From the human T2T-CHM13v2.0 reference genome, Homo sapiens, in assembly GCF_009914755.1 (NCBI RefSeq), contig NC_060943.1: a DNA stretch of 64,000 bases; one strand, 5' to 3'. Both the position numbers and the translations under genes were made by a program. Of the stretch, positions 32,171-44,539 are shown piece by piece; the stretch's first letter is position 1; every line of letters begins with the position of its first letter. The notes under the pieces are model-generated. The model had not been told where the DNA came from. It did not search any database and worked only from the letters and a program-made list of their open reading frames with translations.

Positions 32171-32251
32171 CTTCCACTTGTCCAGTGTGGGGAGCACTAC
32201 CCCATTGGAACGGTTAAGGTCAGACACCAGGACATTCAGAATGTCCTGAAT
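32171..32251 (-). pseudogene. GOLGA2P: GOLGA2 pseudogene, third retained exon (81 nt cassette exon)
   Basis: AG/GT-bounded, open: IQDILNVLVSDLNRSNGVVLPTLDKWK, matching the GOLGA2 long-isoform exon IQDILKVLVSDLNRSNGVALPPLDKWK. Confidence 0.85.
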
Positions 32252-33238
32252 CTACAGGAGGTGAAAAGGGTAGAACAAGGGCAGGGGGAGAAAGACAGAA
32301 GTGGCTTAGAGAGAGGCAAGAGAGTCAGAGGAGGAGGAAGAGGTAGCTTTAGGGAAACGAAATGCTGAAGAAGAGCAAAGGAGATCAAGACCATGGTCTG
32401 GCCTTCAAAATGGCTGCCTGCTGCCTTGCCAGGGGCAGAAACAAATAGATGGAGAAGTCCCCTGAGCGATGCAGTCACACAGGGTGGAGTCACCTGACCG
32501 ATGCCACTCTGAATACTCTCATTGGATCCCTCTCCTCAGGCCCAGGATGTGGGGATGAATCTGGCAGAGCACCAGACCTCCACTTCCATTTTAAAAACCA
32601 GACTTTTGAGTAAGGGTTCACTTGAACAAAGGGGACTCCCGCAAAAAAAACAAGTTTGAACACACTGATCTTATCCAATGTCATCTTACAGAGGAGGTAA
32701 CTGAGGCCCAGGGGAAGAAGTGACTTTTCTGTGGTCACCCAGCACGCTGGCGGCAAAGATGAGATTAAAAGTTAGATCTTCTCCTAATCTTAGTGCCTGG
32801 GGCTCTCCTCACCACATCCTGGGGCCCTTTCGGTGACTCCAAAAAAGACAGCCTGATGGCAAGTGGCTGTTCTCATTGGCCTGGCTTCCCCTTGAGACTG
32901 GGGATGAGGAAAATGAAACAGCAACTGTCATTTCCTGGGTGCCTTGGGTGTTTATGGCAGGCCCTGTACTTGGCATTAACCTAAAAACAACAATAACAAA
33001 TCTCATTTAAGCTTCACAAGTGTAAGTCAAACAATACCACCCCTATTTTACAGATGTGAAAAGAGAGGCCCAAAGAGATCAAGTAATTTGCCCTACATCA
33101 TATCCTTAGCAGCTGGAGAGGTAGGATTAAAACACAGAATTCTTAACCAGGACCCAACAGTTCTTCCACAATCTAAACAACTACCCTCTACTGCCCTTGG
33201 GCCCCCTGTCCCCAGGAGCCTGGCCAGCCAAGACTCAC

Positions 33239-33355
33239 ATCCCCAGGTGAGTGGCAACCACCAGAAGTGGTTGTCTCAGGGTTACTGCCATTTTAAATTT
33301 TCTCTTTCGCTCCTCTAGGAACACCAAGGCTGTTCCTCCACTGATAGTTTCTTAT
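33239..33355 (-). pseudogene. GOLGA2P: GOLGA2 pseudogene exon 2 with premature stop
   Basis: [38 protein letters not shown] versus GM130 [41 protein letters not shown]; intact cag / gtgagt splice sites. Confidence 0.92.
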
Positions 33356-33424
33356 CTGTGGAAAAGAAGAGCAGGAATTCTCATGAGAAGTCCCTGCAGT
33401 CGCATCTGACTTTACAGTTTTTAC

Positions 33425-36400
33425 TGAGGCAAAAATTTAAAAATAATAATAAGTACTACGTTTATTTACTTCAAGAAAAGTAAAAGCTAAGGCCCAGAAT
33501 GTGGCAAGGCAAGGGTTAAAAAAAAAAAAGAACAAGTTTTCCTCTACCTAGCAAGCTCACTTCAAGGACAGTTATAATACTGTCCAAATAGCCAAGGCCA
33601 GAGGAATGGGCTCCAGACACCCCATCCCTTCCAGAGCAAGGTTAAAAAAAATATATATATATTTTACTGTTACTCTTTTCCCAGGCTTCTTAAGCATTAT
33701 TATGTTTTACAAATGTCTATATTTATCCAGGTCTTGTTTTTCTTTCAATGCAGCTACAAGGTCACCAACTATACAAGGTCACAACTTATGCTATAGATTA
33801 CATGACCTATGACTGTATAATTAACTGCTTTTGTTTTGCTTCTGTAAGGCTGCTTACAAAAACCCCACTCTGACTTTGTTCAATGTTCAGCTTTTTAAAT
33901 ATAAATCCACTGAGCCGGTGCGTACCTAAAATAAACAACAATCCTCCTGTACTCCATATTGGTCTCTCCGTTCCTCAGTTTACCACATTTTTGGCAGCCA
34001 TGAAGGGACCGGAGACTGCAGGCTGACTGTCTCCTTTGCCTCTGGGGTCTGGAGCCCTGGGCCAGGGGAAACCTGTGACCCCAGGTGCCACCAGAAAATC
34101 TTCAGCCCGGAGGGGAAATCAGCTTTCCCCTGACCTGGTTCCCCCTACGCAGCAGCACGACAAAACCTGAAAAGAACTACAGGACAATTTCAGAAACAGA
34201 GCACTTCAGGAACCACAGTAAGGTTTTGGGGGCCCAAGGCAGGACCCGCCCATAGGGACAGAAAGAAAGCTAATCGCCTCCCGGGGTGTGCCAAATAGTC
34301 CGACCCAGAGGGGCTGGGGGCAACAGGAGTGGCTCAATTCAGATAAAACTCACACCCCAGCTGACACAGGACACGAAAGTAGCTCACTAAGTCAGCTAGA
34401 AAACTGACGAGAGTGGCTTACCACCCCAACTACAAAACTAGAGGTGGCAAAAGTGGCTCGCCACCCCAACTGCAAAACTAGAGGTAGCAAAAGTGGCTTG
34501 CCACCCCAGGTACAAACATGAGAACTAAAAGTATATAAAAGTGTGTAAATGGAGGGACCTAATTAGGCTCATCAGTCGCAAAATAAGAAATCACAAATCT
34601 CTTAACGTAAACTGTATGCTCCAAGAAAATTGTGGGGCAAACTGAGACTAATAACAATCTACATATGACTAATAGGAGCTGCCCTACAACTCCAAGTTAT
34701 AACAAAAATAAAAAACTCTCCAAAGCCAAGCAGCGTCTGAAAACTCCTGTAATAGGAGACAGCATATAGTCGGCCAAAATGAGAAGAAAAATAACTGTAC
34801 AAAAGTAAATGTGCAGCATCATAACTGGGAGAAAATGGGAAAAAACTCATCAAAACCTAGTCCCTTAAAATATATATTTAAAAACTTAAAAGTTTTACAG
34901 AAAATTATAAAGTTAAGTTAACCCCCCAAAAGTTAAAAACTCTCTGTAAATTAAAATAACCCTCTTTTAGTATTAAATAGCCAACCAAAGGAACTGTAAA
35001 CTAAAAAACAATTAGCCATATATTTAAGGTGGTGACAGGGGTCAGAGGACAGCCAGGGCACCCAGACCAAATTCTTTTAAATTGACTCATGGTTAAATAT
35101 AATATAAACAAAACCGACATAAATCCAGCCCTGTTTAATGGCTTATTACAAAAAGCCAAAAATAAAAATAAAAACAGCTTCGCCGGCAGACACAGAGTTA
35201 AAGGAAAAGTCCCAGAAAAAGCAAAAGAAGCTAGTTTATAGGAGCCACCAGAGGGAACAAAAATTCTCCTTCCATATGTCCCAGCCTACCCCCCTTTACC
35301 GAGGCCAACAGCTCCAGCTCTCCAGAAACCAGATTCAGGAGCCAGCATGCTCCAAGTCTCACCCCAAAGGGAAAGACTGGAGCCTCAAGAGGCTAAGGAA
35401 GGAAGTCAAAATAGTCAAGCAGGCCGTCCCAAATCTGGTTGTGCTCGAGCTATACAAATGCCTCTCAGGGAGATACGAAGACCCATCTATTATAATGACC
35501 AGGGCCACATCCCAGTGGCGGGGGGGCAACGGACTTTCTTCTATCAGCCCTTTTCAACCACTCATCTACTAAACTGAAAACACCACACACCCTCCTACAC
35601 GGAGAAGCCCCAAGCTCTTATAAATCTGATGCATTCCATCTTTCTGACACATAATCTAACCTGGCCAAATTGCAGGCAGCTTTTCCTAACGTTGTTTAAC
35701 ATTAAAGAGTGCCAGAGAATGACATAAGCAGCTCTCCGCTAGCTAGAAGCCCATGCACTAGCAGAAGCAGTGAATGCTCAAGCACATGCTCAAGGCTGGT
35801 TCCCAGAAGCAGACCCCAATCAGGACCCAGCTTCAGCGCCTGCAGAGGTACAAAGAGGTCGCTTTTACAGGGGTAAAGAGCTGGTAAAAAGAGAACAATT
35901 AATATAAGGAAAATTTCAAAAGTGCTTCAGAGAGCTAACGAGAGCCCAAGTTAGTTTTATAAAAGACTCTGTAAAACATTCTGGCTTTACACCCCATTTG
36001 ACCCTAAGGCTGCCAAAAATCAGCACGTGGTGAACACAGCATTTGTCAGGCAAGCCCAGGGTAACATCAAGCAGAAGCTGCAGACATGAATGCCACCCAA
36101 CTTATAAAAGTGGCCACCAAGGTATATGTTAACTGTAACCAAGGAACAAAATGGGAAAGAGCAAAAGTAACAAGCTAGGCACGCCAAGGGTTAAGTCCCT
36201 CTCCCCAGCCCAGCTCTATCTAGAAAAAGAGGGGGCGGGAACCAGCGCCAGGAGAAGAGCAAAGAAAAGAAAAAAATAAAAGTGTAAAAAAGGAAAGGAA
36301 AAAGAAAAAAAAAATTGGAAAAAAATAGAAAAAATAGAAGGCAGTGCATAGGGGCAGCGCCCGTGCCGTTGTCCGGCCCCACCAGCCAGCCGCAGGAGCA

Positions 36401-39400
36401 GGAGAACTCAAAAAGAAAAAGAAAAATGTAAATTAAAGGCTTAAGAAAAAGGCCAATCTGTTGGCAACAGCTCTTATAAAAAGAGAAATTAACAATGTGA
36501 GAGGACGTGGACGCGGGCATAGACATGAAAGAGGTCAAGTTAAGCAAGGATTCGAGAGCCAGACAAGGTTAAAAAAAAGATCAATGCGTGAGATGCAAAA
36601 AAAAGGACACTAAAAAAAATAAATGTCCAGAAGGTAATAAAGAGAGTAGTAAAGGCTGTGGTATAAAAAAGTCACCAGCTAAAAGCTGTCACACCCTAAA
36701 AAAAAAAAAAAAAAATACTGATCTAATCCGGGCTGGCAGGGGCTAAAAAATATAAAGACTAGAGACAGACTGAGCACCTTCTCATTAGGCTTCCAGAAGC
36801 CCACAGTCACATTACAAGTTAAAGGCAGCAGGATTCTGCCATATCTGGATTCCAATTTCTCACTAATGGCTAAGTCACTATATGAAGTTACAAAGTGGGG
36901 GGAACCCCTCCTCTGGGAAACTAAACAGGAGAAAGAGCCATGCTTTATGAAAACTTGCTTATAAACTTCATAAAATTGCCCCATGCCAGAGGCTATCGGT
37001 ACATGCTAGTGCTTATTTACACCTTTTCAGGGTGGGTTGAGGCTTTCCCCACCAGGACAAAAAAAGCACAAGAAGTGACTGAAGTACTGCTAAAAGACTT
37101 TATCCCCAAGTTTGAACTCCCTCTAACTTTAAAGTCAGACAATGGCCAGCATTTATAGCTAAAATAGTGCAAAATTTAACAAAACTGTTAAAAATAAAAT
37201 AGAAGTTACACACAGCCTATCGGCCACAAAGTTCAGGAAAAGTGGAACGCATGAACCAGACACTCAAGCAGCTACTAAAAAATTATTGCCAGGAAATTAA
37301 TCTATAATAAAATCAGGTTTTACCTATGAACCTCCTCTGAGTCAGGTACACCCCCACCGAACAAACTGGGTATTTGCCCTATAAAATTTTGTTCGGTCGG
37401 CCACCCCCAAATCACAAATCAAATTAAAGGTAATCTCCAAGAACTAGGGGAATTAACCTTCAAAAAAAAAATGCAGGCTTTAAAAATAGCCATGCAAGAA
37501 GTCCATGACTGGGTATGGGAAAAAATGCCTATAAGTCTAACAGACCCAGCACACCCCTTTAAACCTAGTAACTCTGTTTCAGTTAAAAAGTAAAACCCAA
37601 CTTCTCTAAGACCCATGTGGGATGGGCCCCATACAGTAATCTTGTCCACTGCCACTGCTGTTAAAGTTACAGGAATCATGCCTTGAATCCATCACAGGCA
37701 GCTAAAACCGGCAGCTCAGGACAAGTAAACCAACCAGCAGGACCCAGAACATTCAACCCGGCTAATCTTGAGACGAGACCAAGCTGCTGCTGAGGACAAC
37801 AACCCTGCCCTGGTCACTCCGGAGGCTGACCAGTCTACACACGGCTGAAGCTTGAGGAAACAAGCCCTGTTCTAATCACACATTGGAAGCTGACTAGTCT
37901 ACGCACGGCCAAAGCTTGAGGACTCGTCAAGCAAGTAAATGTAATTAAAAATCTTAAAACTAATAGTTTTTCTGTAATACTATTTTCCTATTTGTTCTGT
38001 CACTGTGCTCAACCTCCTCCCCCAAGTAAAGACCTCCTTTGTCCTTACTAAATATAAGTATGCTGTACATTGTTTTGCTGTTGTTACCCCCCCCTTAACC
38101 ATACTAAAAAAAACACCTATAGAAGGGTGTCCCCACTGTACACATACTACTTGGTCAGGGAACAGTACAACTAAAACCCTGTTACACTATATGTATTATA
38201 AATGTACAGAGACTCGCTTAGAAACTTGTACTTACAATCAGACCACCTATTCAATTAATAACCCTGGAAATGGCCAGCCTTATATATGCTATAACCCTAA
38301 GTCTTTACCTGGGACTTGGTTTAAAATTCATACCAAGTCAAAGGAAGGAAGTCTTATAAGTGGCGGGGGGGCTATATCCATATACTTTAATATTTGTCAG
38401 TTCACATCCATGAACCCAACCTATTTCACAGTCTCTGGTCCTACAGGGTACTATACAAACTGCCAGTACAAAATTATATATACACCCCCTGTTTGTCCCT
38501 CCAAGGCCCTAGCAATAGTTTGCTGGAACTGCACAACGCAGTTCACTGACGGATCATCACCGAGGCCAAAGCGAATCTTGCTCATCAAAATACCAGCAAA
38601 ACCAAATTGTAAGACAAACACTTACAGTCCTATAAATCTTACTATCTTAAAGCCAGATATACCTATATGGACTACAGGTTACTCCATGACATTACGAAGC
38701 TACAGTCAAAAAGCTAAAATAGCTTTATACATTATAAAGAGGACTCAAACCAAGCAGTCAGCCCAGCAGCAATTCCGAGTCTTTACGTCATTCTTTGAAC
38801 ATATAAACCAGAAGTTACCAGAGCCTCCTCCTTTAACCAAAAACCTATTTGCTCAGCTGGCTGAAAACATTGCCAGCAGCCTAGGCATTTCCTCATGTTA
38901 TGTTTGTAAAGGGACTAACATGGGAAACCAATGGCCTTGGGAAGCAAGAGTTAATGCCTCAAGATAACTTTAACTGACTCTTTCCCCAGACTGATGCCCA
39001 CAAGTTCAAGCGTCTGGCTCTTAAAAACTTCTATTATTAAAAGATACTGTATTGCTCATTGGGGAAAAGTTTTTACAGACCCAGTAGGAGAACTAACCTG
39101 CTTAAAACAGCAATATTATAATAAAACATTAAACAAAACTTTGTAGCAGGGCAGAGATAACTACAAAACACCCCATCCAGACCCATTCTCCCGCTTCTCT
39201 TCTCTAAACCACACTTAATATCCAAATACTTAGCAAGTATTTGGAAGTATTTGCAAGTATTTGGAAGCTCCAAATACTTGGCAAGCATCCCCTGGTCTTT
39301 ATTAGATCTGTGGGCCATGGGCATATCAACAGTTGCTAGCTAAATGAACAGGGGCCTGTGTGCTTGGAACAATTAGACTGTCTTTCTTCCTACTCCCACT

Positions 39401-40476
39401 GCAACAGAGAGAAACTTTAGGGTATCTTATCTATAATAAAGTTGAAAAAATACAGATATAAGAAGAAATATAAAAATTAAAAATTAAAAAGGCACAAATT
39501 GGCACCCTAAAAAAAAAATTCAATACTATAGGCCAGCTACCTGGACACAAAATAAGTCATAGGCATACCGCAGTCCTATTTACATGCTTAACCACATCAT
39601 AAGGTTGCAGGCAGTACTTAAAATCATCACTAATAAGACAGCAAATGCATTAAGTTTACTAACCCAGCAAACCACAAAAATAAAAAACGCCATCAGAACA
39701 GATTAACTTTAGTCTGCCCCCTAGCCCACGAAGGAGGAGTATGTAAAAAATTCAATCTAACTAATTGTTGCCTGAAAATCAAAAATAATAAAAAAGCAAT
39801 TATAAAAATAACTACAAAAATAAAAAAATTAGCCCACGTTCCAGTTCAAACTTGGAAAGAGTAGTCTCCAGATTCTCTCTTTGGAGGCTAGTTTTCATTT
39901 TTTGGAGGGTTCAAAACTTTAATAGGAGTGGTTTTAGCCACACTAAAAAGTTTCCTAATACTCCCTTGTCTGTTACCTCTCATTGTTAGAAGTATTCAAT
40001 CAACTATAGAGGCAATAGTAGCTAGAAAAATCAACACTCAGCTAATAGCTCTGCGTAAATATCAACCTTTGTGTTAAAAAAAAACAAAACTTGTCTCTTC
40101 AGGCAAAACTAAGTAATAGTAATGCTTTCTATTAAACTTCTTTCATAAAAATCATCAAACGGGGGAAACTGAGGCAAAAATTTAAAAATAATAATAAGTA
40201 CTACATGTATTCACTCCAAGAAAAGTAAAAGCTAAGGCCCAGAATGTGGCAAGGCAGGGGTTTAAAAAAAACAAAGAAAAGAACAAGTTTTCCTCCACCT
40301 AGCAAGCTCATTTCAAGGACAGTTATAAAATAACGCTGTCCAAATAGCCAAGGCCAAAGGAATGGGCTCCAAACACCCCATCCCTTCCAGAGCAAGGTTA
40401 AAAAAACAAAAACAAACAAACAAACAAAAAAACACACACACAAAAAACCAGATTCTTTACTGTTACTCTTTTCCCA
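33425..40476 (+). mobile_element. ERV3/HERV-R-group provirus, pro-pol largely deleted, 3' LTR truncated, G-to-A hypermutated
   Basis: 5' LTR 33425-33987; tRNA-Arg-like PBS tggcagccatgaagggac at 33992; gag ~34836-36780; fused PR/RT/IN remnants 36790-37700; env ~38050-40130; PPT then 3' LTR 40170-40476 that stops about halfway. Confidence 0.92.
38005..40130 (+). pseudogene. ERV3-1-like env; SU N-terminal ~300 codons open, downstream frameshifts and stops
   Basis: EGCPHCTHTTWSGN...QKLPEPPPLTKNLFAQLAENIASSLGISSCYVCKGTNMGNQWPWEAR is close to ERV3-1 Env; TM region with CX6CC ([10 protein letters not shown]) at ~39740. Confidence 0.9.
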
Positions 40477-40956
40477 TGCGTCCTCACGGCAGAAGGCAGC
40501 CTTTCTGTTACATCTAGGAATTGAACAGAAAGAGGACAGCCCAAGCCTCATTTCAGAGAGGTCTGGTATACTCTTAGAAATCTATGAGACGGTCATCCCT
40601 AAATCCATTAATGTTTTTTCTCTCTGAAGAGAATCAAGGGAAACTGATGCTTCAGAAAGATGCCCCATATTACCCTGTGACACTCAAAGTCCCCCAGATT
40701 GAGACATGAGGAAGATTCAAGCTGTCAAGTTCAGTTTCCCAAGATCTCTTTCATGGTAAATAAGCAAATCTCACTCCAGGCAGGGTCTGGGCTGTTAAGG
40801 GGAGGGGCTGACTGACAAGACTTTGATGGGGGGAGCCCAGTGGCACTTGGGGGCCCAGCCCAGTAAGCCTCGGGAGTGGCATGAGCTCTGGCCGCAGTCC
40901 TGCCATCAGAGGGATTCTGGGGCTGGGTGGGGGAGGCCATCACCTGGCGATAGTAC

Positions 40957-41040
40957 CTTTTTCTTTGCAGCCGCCAATTTGCTCTGTAGGGTTTCTTCAG
41001 ACATTGCAGGGCAGGAAGGAATGTGGGGTTGGGGCCACGT
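40957..41040 (-). pseudogene. GOLGA2P: GOLGA2 pseudogene exon 1
   Basis: (ACG)[27 protein letters not shown] followed by GT, versus GOLGA2 [28 protein letters not shown]; second ATG intact at 41004. Confidence 0.93.
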
Positions 41041-41400
41041 CAGCTAGATTGCGGCTTACCACTGGGGAACAATTCCTGTCGGCCACCGCGCAACTGTGCG
41101 ACTGACCAGAGGAGGCGTAACCAGGGCCTACTACAGCGCAGAATAGGGGGCGTGGCCGCCATCCTCCAAGTCCATTGGTCGATGAGAAAGATGACAGAGA
41201 AAGGAGGCGAGGCCAGGCAGCAGCGCGTCCAGGTGGGTGTGAGGCGTCACAAGGAAAGCTGAGCAGGCAATTGCTGCCCCGCCCACTCTGGGAAGAGGGG
41301 CGGGGCCGCCCGCTCCAGAGGGACGGAAGCGGCGGGGCCGCCGGATCCAGGGACAATGGGGTGGGGCGGGCTTTCCCTGGGTGGGCGCAGCGGCTTCCTG
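41041..41400. promoter_or_regulatory. Duplicated GOLGA2/SWI5 bidirectional CpG promoter
   Basis: CpG-rich; GC boxes, YY1-like gccgccat (41155), CCAAT (attgg), ETS cggaag; lies between head-to-head GOLGA2 and SWI5 first exons. Confidence 0.75.
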
Positions 41401-41855
41401 GGTCCCCCTCACGCTCTGGGTCAGAGTTCCTTTACAGGCGGACCTGAGAGGCAACTCACCGACTCCTGCCCTGGACCCTCCTGCGCCACTGAACCCCCTG
41501 ACCTGGGAGCCTCGGAACCTAGGGCTCAGGAGGTGGGTGAGGAACGGACTCCACAGTTTCTTTCCTGACTCCTCACAGCCCTGCCCCAGACCTTCCCTTC
41601 CCAGAAATCACCTCCAAGGACCCCTAATCAATGTTCCAGACGCCTACCTCTCGGAACGCCCCATTCCTAGAGGGTCCCTACCCTGATTCCGGGAGCACAT
41701 TTGCCCCCCTTTCCAGCTGGATCCAGTCCCGGGCTCTCCTGCTTCCCAGCTCCTCCTCCCGCACCCAACAGCACCCCTTTCCTCTCAGAGCGGCCGTGGG
41801 TCGCATCAGGCTTTCCCCTCGGATCCTCTGCAGATGAACCAGGACTTATCCGAAG
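41215..41855 (+). pseudogene. SWI5 (pseudogene): SWI5 unprocessed pseudogene fragment, 5' exons (donor 41533; next exon 41717-41855)
   Basis: TLWVRVPLQADLRGNSPTPALDPPAPLNPLTWEPRNLGLR and WIQSRALLLPSSSSR match SWI5 TLRVRVPGPVHLRGRSPTPALDPLAPLNPLIRGPRTPGLRR / WIQSLALLLPNCSSSR; in-frame TGA and frameshifts. Confidence 0.85.
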
Positions 41856-42384
41856 GTACCAAGTGAACTTCTAGGAAAAGTCCAATTCTCAGATGCTGGA
41901 TGTCTTCCAAAAATGAAGCAAATTAGTAACTTAGTAGCTGAGTCAACTAATCCTGTTAGATGGTCAACACTGGTTTTTTTATTTTAATATTTTTAAGTGG
42001 CAACTCTAGTGTGTGAGAAAATTAATGTGACAGCTGAATTTGTAGAAAGCTGCTTTGACTCTCTTGGGCCCCTTCATAAGCCCTGGAACTAAATAAAAGT
42101 CTAGTGAATACAGGTAAGCTCCCTTCTTTTTCTCCATATTTACCCCTCACTTCAACTATAATTTCACAGGTCCCTTTTTCCACATTCAAGGTGGTTGATA
42201 ATAAAGTGGGAATGTACAGGATTCTCTTTAATCCTGAATTAGCAATCCAAAAATTAGAATTTGTTGCATTCTTAGAACTACGGTCAGGGTTCCTGAGCAG
42301 GTACTCAAGCAGACACAAAGACAAAACTTCCATTTTATTTCAGAAGAACCTCCATAATCCCATGCATTAATTCCCATCATAAAT

Positions 42385-42855
42385 CATCTCATCTCATCCA
42401 TCTATCTTTCATCTATCTATCATCTATCTGTCATCTGTTATCTATCATATAACGATAATTCATCTATCATCTATCATTCATCTGTCTATAATCCATCTAT
42501 TTATCATCTATGTATCATATATCGATCATTCATCTATCATCTATCATGTATTGATCATTCATCTATCTGTCATCTATCATTCATCTATCATCTATCATTC
42601 ATCTATCACCTATCATCTATCATATATCGATAATTCATCTATCATCTATCATATTCATCTATCATCTATTATTCATCTGTCGATCATCTATCATTCATCT
42701 ATTTATCATCTATCATATATTGATAATCTATCATCTATCGTGTATCAATCATCTATTATCTATCATCTATCTGTCATCTATCATATATTGATCATCTATC
42801 TATCACCTATCTATCTATATATCATCTATCTATTTATTATCTCTCTCTCTCTCTC
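42385..42855. repeat. (TCTA)n/(ATCATCT)n compound simple repeat
   Basis: Direct reading; followed by ctattagtactgtttctttggagaaccctagtaca, an MLT2-like LTR terminus. Confidence 0.9.
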
Positions 42856-44539
42856 CTCTATTAGTACTGTTTCTTTGGAGAACCCCTAGTACATATACTC
42901 TTTTTCCTGGCTCTTTGAGTATAAGGTGATTTGCTAGGGTTAAGAATGTAGCCTCCTGGTAGGCTGCAGCGAGTTGAGATCGCACCACTGCACTCCAGCA
43001 TGGGTGAAAGAGCGAGACTTCATCAAAAAAACAACAAAAAAAGAATGTAGCCTCCTGTAACCACTAGCTCATTCCTTATTTAAATGGATCCCCCCCACCC
43101 TCCCAGAGCGCCACACTTTTTGTCCATTGATCATTTGTCTTGATATACTTGACAAATGTCATTGTCATGCATGAAACACCTCCGTAGCCAATAGTATGTG
43201 TATTAAAAATAACGCTTCTTCCTCTTCCACTCAAAAGAGAATTCTAATATAATGGTTATATATAAGGAAAATTTTAAATCTGAGTTTACTTTTTAAATTA
43301 TATTAAAACATTCACAAAGTGCAACACTTTATTTTTTATAACAGATTATTTGCAAGTTACCCTTACCACAAAATAGGACAGTCCATTGTGTCCTATCTAA
43401 TGCAAAGATTAAAATAAAAGAAATATACTTCAGCAAAAAGAACTATAGTCAATGAATGCTGTTTGTCAGGAAGATATAAGTTCATATAAGGAAGTTTGTT
43501 TCTGATTATTTTACTCTAGGGTGTAAAAACTCCTCAACAAAAATCAGTTTGTACTGGAATACAGTCTGTCATGTTTAAGTCATAGCAGCTGAGCCAGGAC
43601 TATATTCTTCACTACATCAAGTAGGATGAAGGAGCTCCAGAAATACTTTTGAAGCAGGAATTTAAAGTGCGGATAGGATGGCTACCATTTAAGTGATATT
43701 TAAGTTTCTCCCTTATGAGGCTTGCAAGGCCCTTTGGAATCTGACTTCTACATCCTTCCTTTCCAACATCATATCTCATCATTTCCCCTTTTCCCTCCTC
43801 TAACAACCTCCATTCATCCACATCATGCACTTCAGCTATTCTGAACTTCCCTCCTGAAACCAGCCACTCACAGAGCAACACTTTTCAAATCCTGGCTCTA
43901 CCTGTGTAACCTGAGGCAGGTTTCCAAATTCTGTGTGTCCCAGTTTCCTCATCCTCATTCCTAAATTTGGAACAATAACACTCAAGTCATAGGGTCACTG
44001 TAAAGATCAAATGAGATTACAACTACTCATGTGAAATTCTTAGCATAGTACCTTTCATTTAGGATATGCCCCCAAAATACTGGTTGTTGTTAACAGTGTT
44101 GATGTGTCTGCTCATAACAGTCATTCCCCTCCTCACCTCCTTTTGTATACTTAGTTCCTACACATCTTTCAAACATCAGCTTAAATAGGAAACCTTCCCC
44201 AAATAACTCCTCCCTACCTAGGTGAATATTCCTCCTGTTTGTATGACCGTAATCCCTGCACATCCCATATCAAAGGACTTAATGTCACTTTCTGCCATCT
44301 CTTGTATGTTGTTCATATTTTTTCATTATACTGAAAGCTCCTTGAAGACAAGTGCTACATGTATTGGGATCCGCATTTCATCTCTATCCCCTGTCATAAC
44401 ACTTGCTACATATTATGCCTTCTATGTTTGTTGAAAAAAAAATGAATGAATGAAACTCAGCTGGCAAGGGAAAGTTACTTTGGCTTTCATTTAGATTTGG
44501 GGTTTTTTGTTTTATTTTCAACATAGTCATGAGCTCTTC

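Noticed and set aside
38005-38967. Domesticated env (ERV3-1 itself)
   Set aside because: ORF-track start is GTG; the signal-peptide ATG appears out of frame at a poly-C run; hypermutated and truncated before TM
42551-42889. 112 aa Ile/Tyr/His/Ser-rich ORF
   Set aside because: Translation of a (TCTA)n simple repeat
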